The position numbers and the translations under genes were made by a program. Shown here piece by piece: positions 43,853 to 56,117 of a stretch of 64,000 nt of DNA; positions within the stretch are counted from its first letter, which is position 1, and each line of letters starts with the position of its first letter. The notes below the pieces were generated by a model. It saw nothing but the letters and a program-made list of their open reading frames with translations. It searched no databases and was not told where the DNA came from. The DNA comes from Botryllus schlosseri (taxonomy: Eukaryota): contig CM119384.1 of NCBI GenBank assembly GCA_051294905.1, positions 10,540,001 to 10,604,000 of the forward strand, read 5' to 3'.

Positions 43853-46800
43853 ATGTTGTCTGTGATCCAAGAACTTGAAAAGCGTAATGGGACAGGCGCC
43901 GATTTGACAGCTTTGAGCTATGTGTTACATGATAAGAGTTTACAGTCATTATTGAAGGTAAGTAGGCCAATTCAATTACATTTACAGAGTCAGTGTCCCC
44001 GAAAAGTACACTTCATAATAGGAATCACAATGAAATGATAGCGAAATCCGGCCCAATGTGATCAATTGGTGAAAATTATCAATAATTAAAGTTTTGGGCA
44101 CCTTTGTAAACATGTTGCTTGAGAATGTCGTCTGAAATAAACTGATAGCCTAACAAAGTTACGGCGCTGAAAGTCTCTCTCATTTGGCTATAATCTCCAT
44201 CTCTCTTAGATAAGCTCGTACTGGTAATAGTAATAATTATACATAACAACAATATTATTCATATCTACAGATCTATCAACGTTTGCACACCTTGCCTCCT
44301 TCTTCACGTGAACATGCAATAGAATTGCGAAATATAGTAAGATATCCGAGTGCTATTATTTTTATTATGTGAATAGTTGCAAGAGGAGAATTTACTTCCA
44401 TATTTAATCTTGGACATATTAGCTTGTGTTATGTTGTACTGTTTTATCTCTATTTTATGCCTTACTCTGAATTTATTTTACACATTTTGGGGTGCAAACC
44501 CGGCAATCATGCTATAGACTTCCTCATTATATCACTTGGTATGTTGCATCATGACTGACAACTGACGATGAAATCCTGTGCAATCAGTGTGATTATTTTC
44601 GAGACTTCACGATGATGTGTCTTAGCTACTTTAAATGTAGGCTAGTACCGCAGTACTCATTTGTGTAAGAACTTGCATTAACATTGAACATCTTCTTGAC
44701 ACTTGGTCATGATGTATTCATTTTTATTCTGCTTCGTTTATTTCCCCAAGCACCTTGTATCACTGCACACTGGGTATCTGAAGTTTATCATTTGTAGAAC
44801 CAGCAACATAGCCCACTACAGAGCTTATACGACTGTATCTGGAGTGTGTCATAGAAATTTACGAGATTATTTTGTTAACTAATAGATAATTATTTAGACT
44901 ATTGCCCATCTACAAGATATTTGCTGATTTTTGTCTCTGTCTTCAAATTGCTAAGAAATTGTTAATCCTATATTTTGGAATTATATATATTCGAATTTTC
45001 ACTTGACAGTTTGCTTCGTTCTTGCTTTCCTTAACGATAATCCCTATTTTTCAGATACCAATCATCACTCAAGGCTGGGAAGATAACCCACCAGAACTTG
45101 ACCAACTATCTTCCTTGTTATCTTCCTCTCCTCACTTGATTGCACTTTTACTCTGCTATGATCAAGTGACTATTTTAAATTTATTGTATCATGGTATTAA
45201 AAAAGAGTCAAGTAAATCACCAAGGAGGAGTACATGAGCTTGCCATGCAACCATGCCTTCTACTGAATTTTCTGTACCTGAAAACGGGAGCAATGCTCGA
45301 TGTTTTAGATGAGGGGCGTGTAACATTTTTCACAGGCAGCCTAGATTTAAATAGCACCGTGCAACAGGAGGCCGTAAATAGGCCCACCATCTCAATAATC
45401 AAGAATTGGTCTAATGATGGTGAAATTATTCGACTACTCATGATAATTCAATGAATTTCGAGTTAATTGAAAAATTTTGTCAAAAATAATTACATGCAAA
45501 ATCAGCACATGCATATTTAAGTGATTTTAGTGCGTGTCCCTTCTCTTAGCCCAAATATATCAGGCTATAAGCTAAATTAGAAATCCATTTTACAGGCCGC
45601 TTACCATTCAAAATTGGCACTGCCATACTTCAACCTCTATCATAATGACAAGCGACAATGCATTCATATTGCAATTTAAAGTACTGAATTTTGTAGTAGA
45701 GCCAGATGCAATTTCTTCCATAATAGCAGTTGCAATGATTCACCAAAGATTTAGACTATTGAGGACTGGAAAAACGCTTGCGTTCTGAGGCGCATGCTAG
45801 TACTCCTATCATTTGTCATGTGGTTAAAGACTCCACATAATATTATATATTTGAAAAAATTTTGAACTCGGTTTTAGTGATAACCGTCGAATGCGCAATG
45901 GTGCTGAGAAATTTCTCATTCTGTAGATTGTAACAAAAGACTACGGGCCGTCTTTTCCTGAAGGCGACAGCAATCCATCCAGTTCCCACGAGGAAGAAAC
46001 AATGAAGGTTGTACGACTGGTCAAAAGCAGCGAACCATTGGTATGCTCTTGTATGGATCTTGGCTTGCAGTAAATCTAGACTTGTTCACAGCCGCTGAAG
46101 TGTCACTCTGTTGCCTTTCACCGCCAACTACCGTGACTGATACGTCTTCGAAATAATCATATAATATTACCCTGGACGAAGTGATTTAATCCTAAAATCT
46201 CCAGTTGGTGTAATGTTCCAATTAAGTTTTGTAATTTCTGTAGAAACATTGTCAGTGGGTGTAGTACTTCAATGTGCATTTGATGAATGCCTCGATATCG
46301 TAATAATTACATTATAACAACAAACCTTTTCATGCTGCCATCTTATGAGGCCATTATCTGCAGATTCAGAAATTTAGCATGAATATAGCAGTGATAATAT
46401 ATTGTATCATAGAAGACAATGCGCAAAATCGCAGTTGACCGATTGCATATATAATAAATAATTATCAATTAATAATAATAATTTGCAATCAACGGCCCAT
46501 GTTTGGGTTTGTACCGCTGCCTTTTTATAGTTTGTACACTTTTTATAGGGTGCTACAATTGTACAAGACGAAAGAACGGGCAATTTTGTGTTTGCTAGAA
46601 TTTTAAAAGGCGGCCCTGCCGATCGTTCAGGTGCGGATCAACAGTATTTCCAGAAAGTATTTTCCTTACTAATCCCATCGCCATCTGTCTAGGTTTGATC
46701 CACGTGAACGATATCTTGGTGGAAGTCAACAATGTTCCTACAAAAGGCAAGACGCCCGAAAATATCATGGCGCACGTGGCGAATTTCCGAGGTCCTCTCA

Positions 46801-49800
46801 TATTTCGATTAATACCTGGTGAGCCTTCTGCCGCTTCCGACCCGGATGAGCCTGTAATTGAATCAATGTGCGAATAGAATTGAGGTATCGGTACGCATAT
46901 TCGCTTTTGCCTTGCAGACGTTCGTCAGGGCCAAGTTTGATTTTAATCCGGAGGACGACAGATTCTTTCCGTGCGTCGAAGCCGGCTTGCGGTTTAGAAA
47001 GAACGATATTCTCAATATAGTATCAAGGTAACTGTCAAGTGCGTTGTGCGAAAATATGCGGTATTCCAATGTTCCTTCATACCAGGGTTACAAGAAGCTA
47101 TTTCTGTAATTTCCGTTGCTGCGTTGTGTTGCTTAGACTTATTCGAGTCAAGTTGAATAAAATCTAATTGTGTATTAGTAGCCATTTTTCTGTGGCTTCG
47201 CAGGCTGTCAGTAACAAAGGATTTGCTCAAGTGGATAGTATTCAAAAGTACATTCATAATAAACGTTTATTAACTTGAAGAACATTTTGCGTGTCCCCCC
47301 CCCCCCCCCCTTATCCAGACCTATTGGCACGATGAAGGAACAAAACAGTTGAATTGAAAACCAAATAGAGAATTATGAAGCAATCGGGGGCACGCGATAA
47401 GCTCTTCCAGTCCAGTTATTCAAGTGGGTATGTTCGTAGACTGCTTACACATTCTACTGTACAGTTTTGATGCGAAAGTACTTGTACTTTGTAAAATTGT
47501 AAAGTACATTGTAGATTTTGGATAGGTTTGCTTTGCCGTTGCAACTGACATTGTCGTGGCATCGGCGTGAATATCGCTTCGTAATATTTTTTTTGACATT
47601 GTTTCTGTCTGCAGTTTCATGGTATGTTTTTTGTTGATTGCAGAGATTAACTTTCCTGTTTCAAAAGTACACCACCTTTCGTCATGCTTTTGGAAGCATG
47701 CAACTTAGGAACCGAACTTATGAAGACTTTTCAAACCCTTTATTTTTACTTCTTGAAATAGTTTCATCATAACTTATAAATTGCTGTTTTCATTCCTAAT
47801 TTAGCATAGCTTTACGGTATTAGATGTACTTCTACACAAAAAGCGATGCTGAGTATACTTGGACCACCTCTGTGGTGACGCTGGGTTTACATGATATTCT
47901 TTCAGACAAGACCCGTCTTGGTGGCAAGCCACGTTAGTGCACGTCGGAGTTCACGCTGTCCGATCGCCCAGCGCGAGCGAGGCCCGTAATAACCCGCAAA
48001 TGAATTATGGAAAGGTCGGTCTGATACCGAGTGCGGAGTTACAGCAAAAGTAAGAGTCGCGATGGTTTCAGAGTGCTATGCCGCATTTTGTGTCGTCATT
48101 TTCCTTTCAGACGAGAGAAGGCCAAAGCTCGGAGACAGGTGGCTAGATCGGCTACGCTTGATAGAAGAAGCAGCGACGACAGCAGCTCAACTACGTCGAG
48201 CATATCGAGAAAGAAAGGCCCGTGTAAGATTGATCTTGCAGTATTTCTTGAACTGCCAATTATTTCTCCCCCTGTGCACCTGCTGAAAGATTCTAAAAAT
48301 GGCCGGCTTTATCATTTTCTACCCCATTAATAACAGCCACCGCTTAGCGAAAAATGTGCACGGTATTTAGCCAAACCAGGCAGGGAATGATATCAAAAAG
48401 CCGCCCGCAGAAACTGGGACGTGTTACAAGCCTATGTAATGTGACGACATTGACATCTGTGCTTCGGTGTGAACATTGGGCTCTATCCAATTGTTAAATG
48501 TAAATTTCCTTTTATTCTCCCTTCATAGTTATGTTGACATTTGCTTCCCCTATCGGTATGTTTTTACCAATCATCGACAGGGTTGTAATGACTCGAGTTA
48601 TGACTCGACTCGAGTCAATCTGTGTATTGACTCGACTTGGACTCCAGTCATTTCACATGACTCGAGAATCGAGATACAGACGACCAAGACCGATATTTCA
48701 TCGTAATTTCGAAGAATAGTAAAGTAACCACCCTATTAGGAGTCTATTGGTACAAGTACTTGAAAATGCAATCAGATACTGCTAAAAGTGAGGAAAATTA
48801 GTGTGTTATAAATGGGAACCATTCCATATCACCAAGATTTTAACTGGAAACTGAGCAGGCAACACATTGACTTGGACTCGGACTCGAGTTATAATACCAT
48901 GACTCGGACTCGACCCTCTGCTCGCTGACTTGGACTCGAACTTGACTCGGCGGTTAGTTGAAAATGACTCGACTCGAGTCAAAACTATAAAAGTGAAATT
49001 GACTTGTGACTCGGAGCCTTGTGACTTGGTTCCAACAACCCTGATCATCGACTACAATTGTGGAGCACTACACTACATTTTCAGAATATTTCAATTTGTT
49101 GCATTATCATTCGGCTATCTTTATAGCCGAATTTGTCTCTGTTATGCCTTTTATGTCACAACGAAAAAATCCTGTTATGCCTTTTATGTCACAACGAAAA
49201 AATCCTTTCTATAATTCGAATTAGGTTATCCGTAATTGCTGAGATTCTCTCCTGACGAGAGCCAGTTGAAAAGCTTCCATTGGAATAAATTTGGCAACAT
49301 GAATATTGATTATATTGTTGGTCGCACTTCTAAAGCCTATTATATTGGTAATAGTAGGACATAAAATGGGCCGAATTCGAAACTTCAAGCTCCATGATAC
49401 AAGTCGCACAGTTTTTCGCATCCGCGTTACGGAATCTCTTCGCTGATTACAAACAAGCACGCTAATTGCAGGGACGCTTCTGCGTAGGACATTCCGCTCT
49501 CCGAAACCCCATCCTGTGACTTCGCTGAGTCGTCTTTCGCCTGAATTCCAAGTCCACGGTAACTTAACGCAGATTTACGTATACGTTTCGACGCATCGCA
49601 TGACACCCCCGTTTTTAATCAGACGACAGCCAACCGCAAGATCGACCGGCCTCTTTTGTCCCGTACGAAGAAGTGGTACTGTTCCCGCACAATGGAGAGG
49701 AGCATCGGTACAGACCGCTGGTACTAATCGGCGCGCAGGGTGTCGGAAGAAACCTTTTGAAGGAGCAACTGCTCAGCTCAGACCCGACGCTATACGGAGT

Positions 49801-51855
49801 GCCTGTGCCACGTGAGTGACCGGAGCCTGTCTCGTGCCGTGGGTGTTTCTAATTTTACTTGGTATTACACTTCGAGCTAAGGTCAAGCAGAGAAGAGAGA
49901 AGGGCTAAAACGCTAACATAATGCGTGTTCCGTTGGTCCTCGGTTAGAAGTAGAAGTAATGGGACTTTCCATTGTGAGTGGAAGTAGAACAGGAAGTCTT
50001 AAAAGTACTAAAATTTGGTCGAGCGGGAGCATACAATCGGAGGTGGCCACTTCCGGAATTGGAAGATGTGTCCGCGTGACTAACGTGACATTCCACATAG
50101 TTGCATTCGTTGGAAAATATAGTCAATTAGTCAGTTACCATAATACAGTGGGTATTTCGCCCAGCTATTTTGACAGTTTCACTCGCAAGAGAAGTGAACA
50201 TAAAAACTACTTCCTACGTTGCTAGTATCCAGAGTGTACAAAAGTAAGGACTATGTAGTGGAAGTAAAAGTAACCTGAAAACATGGTTGCTTGACTTGAT
50301 TAAATAGTACAAGTAGGAAAAGGCGAATTGAAGTATTCCGAAAAAGTTACTTTGTTACTGACCACCTTTGTGTATACAACAAATTGATAGCTACAGTACT
50401 GACCATATATTCCCTCATAATATCTCAAACGCCGTTTTTCCGCGATGCATTGTGTTTTCGTCATGCCAATCTATTCAGATACCTCGCGGCCGCCATTACC
50501 GGACGAAGTGAACGGAAGAGATTACCACTTTGTGACTCGACAATTCATGGAACAGGGCATCAAAGACAACCTGTAGGGCAACACGATGTAGCGCTCGTAT
50601 TCTAGATTCAAACCCTTCCGTAGCTTCATAGAGTTTGGCGAGTACAAGGGAAATCTCTACGGCACCAGCGTCGTCGCGGTCAAAACGGTCATGGAAGACG
50701 GTCAGGTGTGCGTGCTAACTCCGTATCCGCAGGTAATGTATCTAAGATTTACCAAGTCATACGGCCAATCAAACATATATTCTTTTTGAAGGCTTTGAAA
50801 ATGCTTTGTAACAAGGATATCAAACCGTTTGTGATCTTCGTTAAACCTACGGCTTCTGCTGCGATCGCCAGCACTGCCACTGATCGTCAACCGTATTTGG
50901 TGAGCAAATCTACTTATGCCAATATCTGCAGAGGTGGTCGAGTGCTCATCATCAGTACTCAAGTAGAAGTAGCGGCTACGAGTTATAAAATATGTACTCT
51001 AACCCCTGCTAAGTAGTAGTCTAAAATCGTAACGCCTTCAGTAAGTAGTGCGGGTGGGCAAAACCTACTTTGGCTCTTCGAAAAAGTGGAAGTTCTTTGT
51101 TACTGACCTCTGCAGTCTGGATAGTTAATTTGTTACGATTTACGCATTTCTTACTGATCACACTGGTTTGGTATATAATTTGCCTTAACACAGACTTCTC
51201 AATATCGTCTTCCGCATCGAAGGGTGAATAGCTAAAAAAACATTGTGAGCTGAAGATTTGGGTTGTGGAGTGTCTATATTGCGATCGTAATATGAATTCA
51301 ATTCAATTTATTATTTACAATTTCAACATTTCAAACACCACAAGACTGTGATACACTGAGAAGATGGGAAGGTGTCGAAACGACTTGAAGTAGTCTTTTA
51401 AATTGAGAGATAATTGGGTAATGGTTACAGTACAGCATCAGCAGCGTCTTGATAATGTGGATATGTGCCTATTTGAAAAATTCGTAATTTACACGCCGGC
51501 TTTGTGCAATGGGAAGTCGTTTCGGTTTGGTTTTGATGTGATCAAAAGTGATACAAATGTTTCGCTAAAATCACGGGTTCAATCCAAGTTTGACTTTAAT
51601 TTTCGACTGAAGTGTGAAATTGAAGTGCTCTGAACCAAGGTACAAAAGTAATTTATGTTTAATTGATATTTCTTTCAGGCGAATGATTTGGATCCACTGA
51701 TTCAGAGAAGCGAATCGCTTGAAAAGGAGTATGGACATCTGTTCGATTGCACCATTATATATGAAGATGAAAGCAGTGCCCTGGACGGGCTGCTGGAAAC
51801 ATCCATGATGGTGGCAAATGAACCCCAATGGATGCCGAAGGCTTGGGTCCAATAA
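43853..51855 (+). CDS. MAGUK p55-subfamily scaffold of the MPP3/MPP4/MPP7 group (L27-L27-PDZ-SH3-HOOK-GK), 15 exons, about 589 aa
   Basis: Exons: 43853-43957, 44271-44336, 45055-45165, 45927-46040, 46549-46630, 46693-46853, 46918-47027, 47906-48049, 48111-48223, 49472-49558, 49623-49811, 50479-50572, 50624-50732, 50792-50899, 51679-51855. Total 1770 nt with consistent phases. Peptides: L27 KSLQSLLKI; [36 protein letters not shown]; SH3 [28 protein letters not shown]; [34 protein letters not shown]; C-terminal QWMPKAWV. The PLGATI PDZ entry fits MPP3/4/7 rather than MPP2/6. Confidence 0.92.
48578..49043. mobile_element. hAT-type MITE (CAGGGTTG terminus, GACTCGAGTC subterminal repeats)
   Basis: Ends are CAGGGTTGT and ACAACCCTG. 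Perfect TSD ATCATCGA at 48570-48577 and 49044-49051. A second, left-truncated copy lies at about 57810-58141. Confidence 0.88.
49139..49206. repeat. Exact 33-bp tandem duplication
   Basis: CTGTTATGCCTTTTATGTCACAACGAAAAAATC occurs twice back to back. Confidence 0.9.
51296..51397 (-). mobile_element. Diverged LINE 3' end with (ATTGA)n-type tail
   Basis: Shares GATACA..GAAAAGA..GGAAG.TGTCGAA.CGACT.GAAG with 52459-52570. A similar fragment lies at about 62190-62250. Confidence 0.5.
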
Positions 51856-52458
51856 GTGTCGACACTATTTGTCCAACGTTACTGTGTGCCGATGAGCGTG
51901 AGACACTGCATTAAAGGACTGTTACTAAATCTTACCCAGATTCTCTGTTCGATGTTATGTTACTGAAATCGACAGTCATTGTGGTACTGTTCTGTTCTTA
52001 TGTTTGCAATGTGCTGTTGCGCTGAAAAACACATCTTCTCCAGTTTCTGTATAGACTGCTTTTGCATTGAGTTCGTTTTTCTGTGGACAATGTTTTTTCC
52101 GGTGTATGGTGCATTGCCTGATCATGAAAAGTATGCGTTGTTTAAATAATTTGTTTTTCCTCATTTTCAACTGTTAACATTTTCTCGTGGGATCACTGAG
52201 GCACTACCAAATTTACAACTGTCTGCCTACTACGAACGCACTAATGGTAACACAATTATGTATACAAATTCTGTAGTAGTGAAATGAATTTACCGTCATT
52301 CTGTTATTCCATTATGGTACTGTTCCGGCTTACCCTGCATTTTGTTACATCTTCTTCAATGTCTGATGTATTACTATCAAGAAAAATATATTAGATCATG
52401 TTGACGTCCAGATAAATGTGGTATCAGATGTAATATAGTGAGAACATGACCATCAGGG

Positions 52459-53500
52459 TAATCATCATCATCATCATTGGTTTATTAGCAATTTTATCAG
52501 TTCAATACACCACAAAAAATGCGATACAATGAAAAGACAGGAAGATGTCGAAGCGACTAGAAGTTGTCTATGGAATCGGACACCCACCTTGGCCTAGGCG
52601 ATGTAAAGAGGCGGCATGCACACTGAATGAAAGTAAAGAAGATAGTATAGAAAAAGAAAGCGACAAGAAATAGGGCGGCATGTCATGGGAAGCGAGATCG
52701 ATAGGTCAGTCGTGGTCCGGTAATCTTGAGGATGGACTGTATTTATTTAGTAGAAATTGCTTGTATTTCGACTTGGATGTGGACATGATCGTCGACTGTC
52801 GGATGGCCGGCGGGATACTGTTCCACACATATGGTCCGGCATATTTGATAGAGCGATGATCTTTTCGGTCGATCATATGATATTTGGACGACTTGTGCGC
52901 TTTTGATTCAGAGGTAAAGAAGTCATTGAAATATTGCACGAGTAACGTCGTATGTCGGCCACTGAACCCTTCACAAAGGAAATTATCCTGAATCCTGAAA
53001 TACAAGCACCCGCGACGAATGATTGCCAGAGTTCAGAGTTTGTGAAAAGCGGTGGAAGCTATATGCAAAGCCATTGCCTTAACGATGCATGCTGTTGTAC
53101 TTCCGCTAGGCCTTTTCAGTAGGTGGCATCGTAGATGAAATATATCTCTATGTTCGGTGTTTGTTCGTGGCGTGGTGGCATTGCAACAGTCGCGCAACGA
53201 GCAGTTCCAGTTCGCTCGGTCACCTATCGTTGAGGATTCGTATAGTTTTCGCTTGCCGTTCTTGTTCAAAGAGGGCCCAAATGTTATACAGTCCCTCTCC
53301 TGGGCACTTCAGTGAGTTTGCGTACAAATTTAATGGTGACAATTGAAGCTTTTTATCCGAACACGTCAAGGGTGAGTTGAAGTAGGGTACCGCTGACTTT
53401 CTCGCCGGCAACGCTGTATTCCTTTTCCTTGCCGGGATACCATAGCGCCGGCAAGTACGAGGTGTTGACTGTTGAGTGGAACTAAGCAAACGTATTTTTA
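52459..53500 (-). mobile_element. 5'-truncated, degenerate non-LTR retrotransposon (CR1/L2-like ORF2 C-terminus, 3' UTR and (TGA)n tail)
   Basis: The - strand ORF 52706-53005 contains SIKYAGPYVWNSIPPAIRQSTIMSTSKSKYKQFLL, a typical end of CR1/L2-clade ORF2. The tail CATCATCATCAT and the polyA-signal complement TTTATT lie at 52460-52486. The upstream frames are broken, and the 5' limit is approximate. Confidence 0.75.
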
Positions 53501-54830
53501 TCATTTCAATATATTTTTAATTAATATTATTAGTATGTGTTTTTCTGTTTATCTATAATGAATACGTGGTGCAATGTGAAAGAAGGTGGGTGTTTGTCAC
53601 AGTAACCATAGCCTTTATAAATGCTATGCAGTAACCCCACATGTTATTTTGGAACACAAGATGACGCCAGAAGTATTGTCAATATTCTAATCCTTTGCTG
53701 TGCTCCTGCCACTAGTAGGCGAGATTGCGGGAAATATCCATATTTCAAAAAATAATACTGAAGTCAACTTCCTTGCTCTCGTTTGTTTATGGCGAAGGAC
53801 TCCGATTATTGTTGCGTAGATACTAAAATCTGGTATTATTTCTAAACGAAATTGCGTTTCATTTTCATTCGTGCTGTGTTATCTAGCTGGCATACGTTTC
53901 AAGTAACTAAAACTGTGATGCAGTGTGGAATAAATGTAGTTTGTTAGTGGTACACGTACGGTACGACGAAATGGGAAAAGCCTTATTGGGGAGAATTTAT
54001 TTACGGTGAGACTGTCCCACCTCTGTGAAGTCGCGGTGCACTTTTTAACCAATATGTACTGATACTAAATACGATCATCCTTCTAATTTATTGTGTGTCT
54101 AATGAGAATAAATGAGGTTGGGTAATCGACTCTGCCAGACAAGAAATTCTCCATCCACTGTACACAATTTACTGCGGTACCGTTATTCAATGTAGAGTAG
54201 AGTAATTTCCTACCAAGCAATAAAGTTTATTTTATTATCATAATAAGAACAAGAAATTATGAAAATCCAACTGCAGTCTGTATACACAACAAAAATATGT
54301 TGATTGAATTGAATGCATCCAATTATAATTTAATATATTGATAAATATAATGAGTAGATTTTTTAAATTCACAAAAAAGCCACTATACCAGCAGAGCAGC
54401 AAGCAAATGCCAGCTGTGTACCGTAGTTTTCACATATTTGTTCAGGGATTTCTGAATAATATGATGTTGAAACATGTATGACTGGTATTGAATGAATCAT
54501 CCACATTATAACAAATCTTTCTGCTACTCCATACAGTAGAGGCTCAGCATCTACTTGTGTCTTTGGCATCACACTTTGTAACACCACCATTATTTGCTGG
54601 TCTTGTCAAAGTTGCGAGCTATGAACAAGAACTATAATGTAAGAGCCATCGTGACAAGTTATTTGGAAACTGCTTGATACGAACTCACACGAGACATTTT
54701 CCGTTGATCTAACTATAGTCCACCAGCATTAGCAAATCATCCTAACTATCTGTAAATCACCGTCCCAGATTTTGGCCAAATTCCAATAAGTACCGTAATC
54801 TAACCGCCGCCAGCTTTCAACACTGCCAAG

Positions 54831-56117
54831 ATGTTTGCAAAATCACGGAACGATGAAAACCAACAAGGAATGTCAAAGCCAGGAATCACCAGAGCGTCAA
54901 GAAAAAGAATGGCTGGATCACCGGTATCGGGTGAAGTGAAGAGATCGGCTTTTGGTGACATCACAAACGCGGTGATCGGGAAAGACAACGCGGCTGGCAA
55001 GGTAGCGAAAGCTGTGAAGCCCGCAAGGAAATCTTTGAGGCAATTGAAGAAGCAAGAACAAAGCGCAGCAAAGGAATTAAGCAGTGCTGCCAATGCTCTG
55101 CCGGCAAACGCCAAGAAAGTGTTATATCCTCCGCCGGGATCATTGCAGAATCGTTTGGAAAAATTACTTATCGCCGAAGAACAAGCTCAATCAACAACTA
55201 CCGAAGACAATTTACCAACTGAGTACTACGCGGTTGAAGTATCTCCCCGAAGGAAAGCGCTCAAGTTTTACGATCACGACGCGGAGAATGCCGCCAATCC
55301 CTACGAATCTCCAGTGTACGCCCTCGCCGTTTTCGAGTACATGCGCGCGAGGCAAAGTCTATTTCCAATCGCCAAGTACATGCAGCCGTTCGGAGAAATC
55401 AACACTGACATGAGAGCTGTACTTGTCGACTGGATGGTGGAAGTGCAGGAAAACTTCGAAATGAATCACGAAACCCTGTATCTCGCCGTGAAGCTGGTGG
55501 ATTTGTACTTACAAGCCAAAGAGACTTCCAAAGATAAGTTGCAATTGATTGGCGCGACTGCCATATTTGTCGCAGCCAAATTTGACGAAAGACATCCGCC
55601 TTGTATCGACGATTTCATGTACATCTGCGACGATGCTTACACCCGCGATCAGATGTTAGCTATGGAAAGGTCGATGCTGCATGCGGTCGGTTTCGATATC
55701 AACATACCGATATCTTACAGGTTTTTGAGACGGTACGCTAAGTGCTCAAAGGCCAGCATGCAGACGTTGACATTAGCTCGATTCGTGTTGGAGTTGAGTC
55801 TTCAATGTTACGATATGATCGACAAGAGCGATTCGCTCATGGCTGCGTCCGCGCTTTGGCTCGCTTTTAAGATGTCAAAGAAAGGAGAATGGAACGAGAC
55901 CCTGCAATATTACAGTTCGCATAACGAAAAAGAAGTTTGCGCGCTCGCGATAGAACTAAACGCCATGGTAGGCCAGTCGAAGGGAAGAAAACTGCTGACC
56001 GTCTGGCAAAAATATTCGCACAAGATCTTTTACGAAGTAGCCAAAATACCATTGTTGAGCGACGAACAGTTGAAGGAAGAAGAACGCATTTCGAAACAAG
56101 AATCGCCCAAAAAATAA
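54831..56117 (+). CDS. CCNB3: Cyclin B3, intronless CDS, 428 aa
   Basis: Uninterrupted ATG-TAA ORF. The D-box KRSAFGDITN has the B3-type RxxF, not the RxxL of B1/B2. Cyclin box MRAVLVDWMVEVQENFEMNHETLYLAVKLVDLYL..KLQLIGATA..AKFDER, followed by PISYRFLRRYAK. Confidence 0.93.
   Translation: MFAKSRNDENQQGMSKPGITRASRKRMAGSPVSGEVKRSAFGDITNAVIGKDNAAGKVAKAVKPARKSLRQLKKQEQSAAKELSSAANALPANAKKVLYPPPGSLQNRLEKLLIAEEQAQSTTTEDNLPTEYYAVEVSPRRKALKFYDHDAENAANPYESPVYALAVFEYMRARQSLFPIAKYMQPFGEINTDMRAVLVDWMVEVQENFEMNHETLYLAVKLVDLYLQAKETSKDKLQLIGATAIFVAAKFDERHPPCIDDFMYICDDAYTRDQMLAMERSMLHAVGFDINIPISYRFLRRYAKCSKASMQTLTLARFVLELSLQCYDMIDKSDSLMAASALWLAFKMSKKGEWNETLQYYSSHNEKEVCALAIELNAMVGQSKGRKLLTVWQKYSHKIFYEVAKIPLLSDEQLKEEERISKQESPKK

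Noticed and set aside
48806-49048. ORFs with 'SQGSESQV' also seen at 57700-58155
   Set aside because: The shared peptide comes from two copies of the same GACTCGAGTC MITE, not from a gene family.
54800-55114. 104-aa - strand ORF
   Set aside because: It is the antisense shadow of the cyclin B3 N-terminal region.
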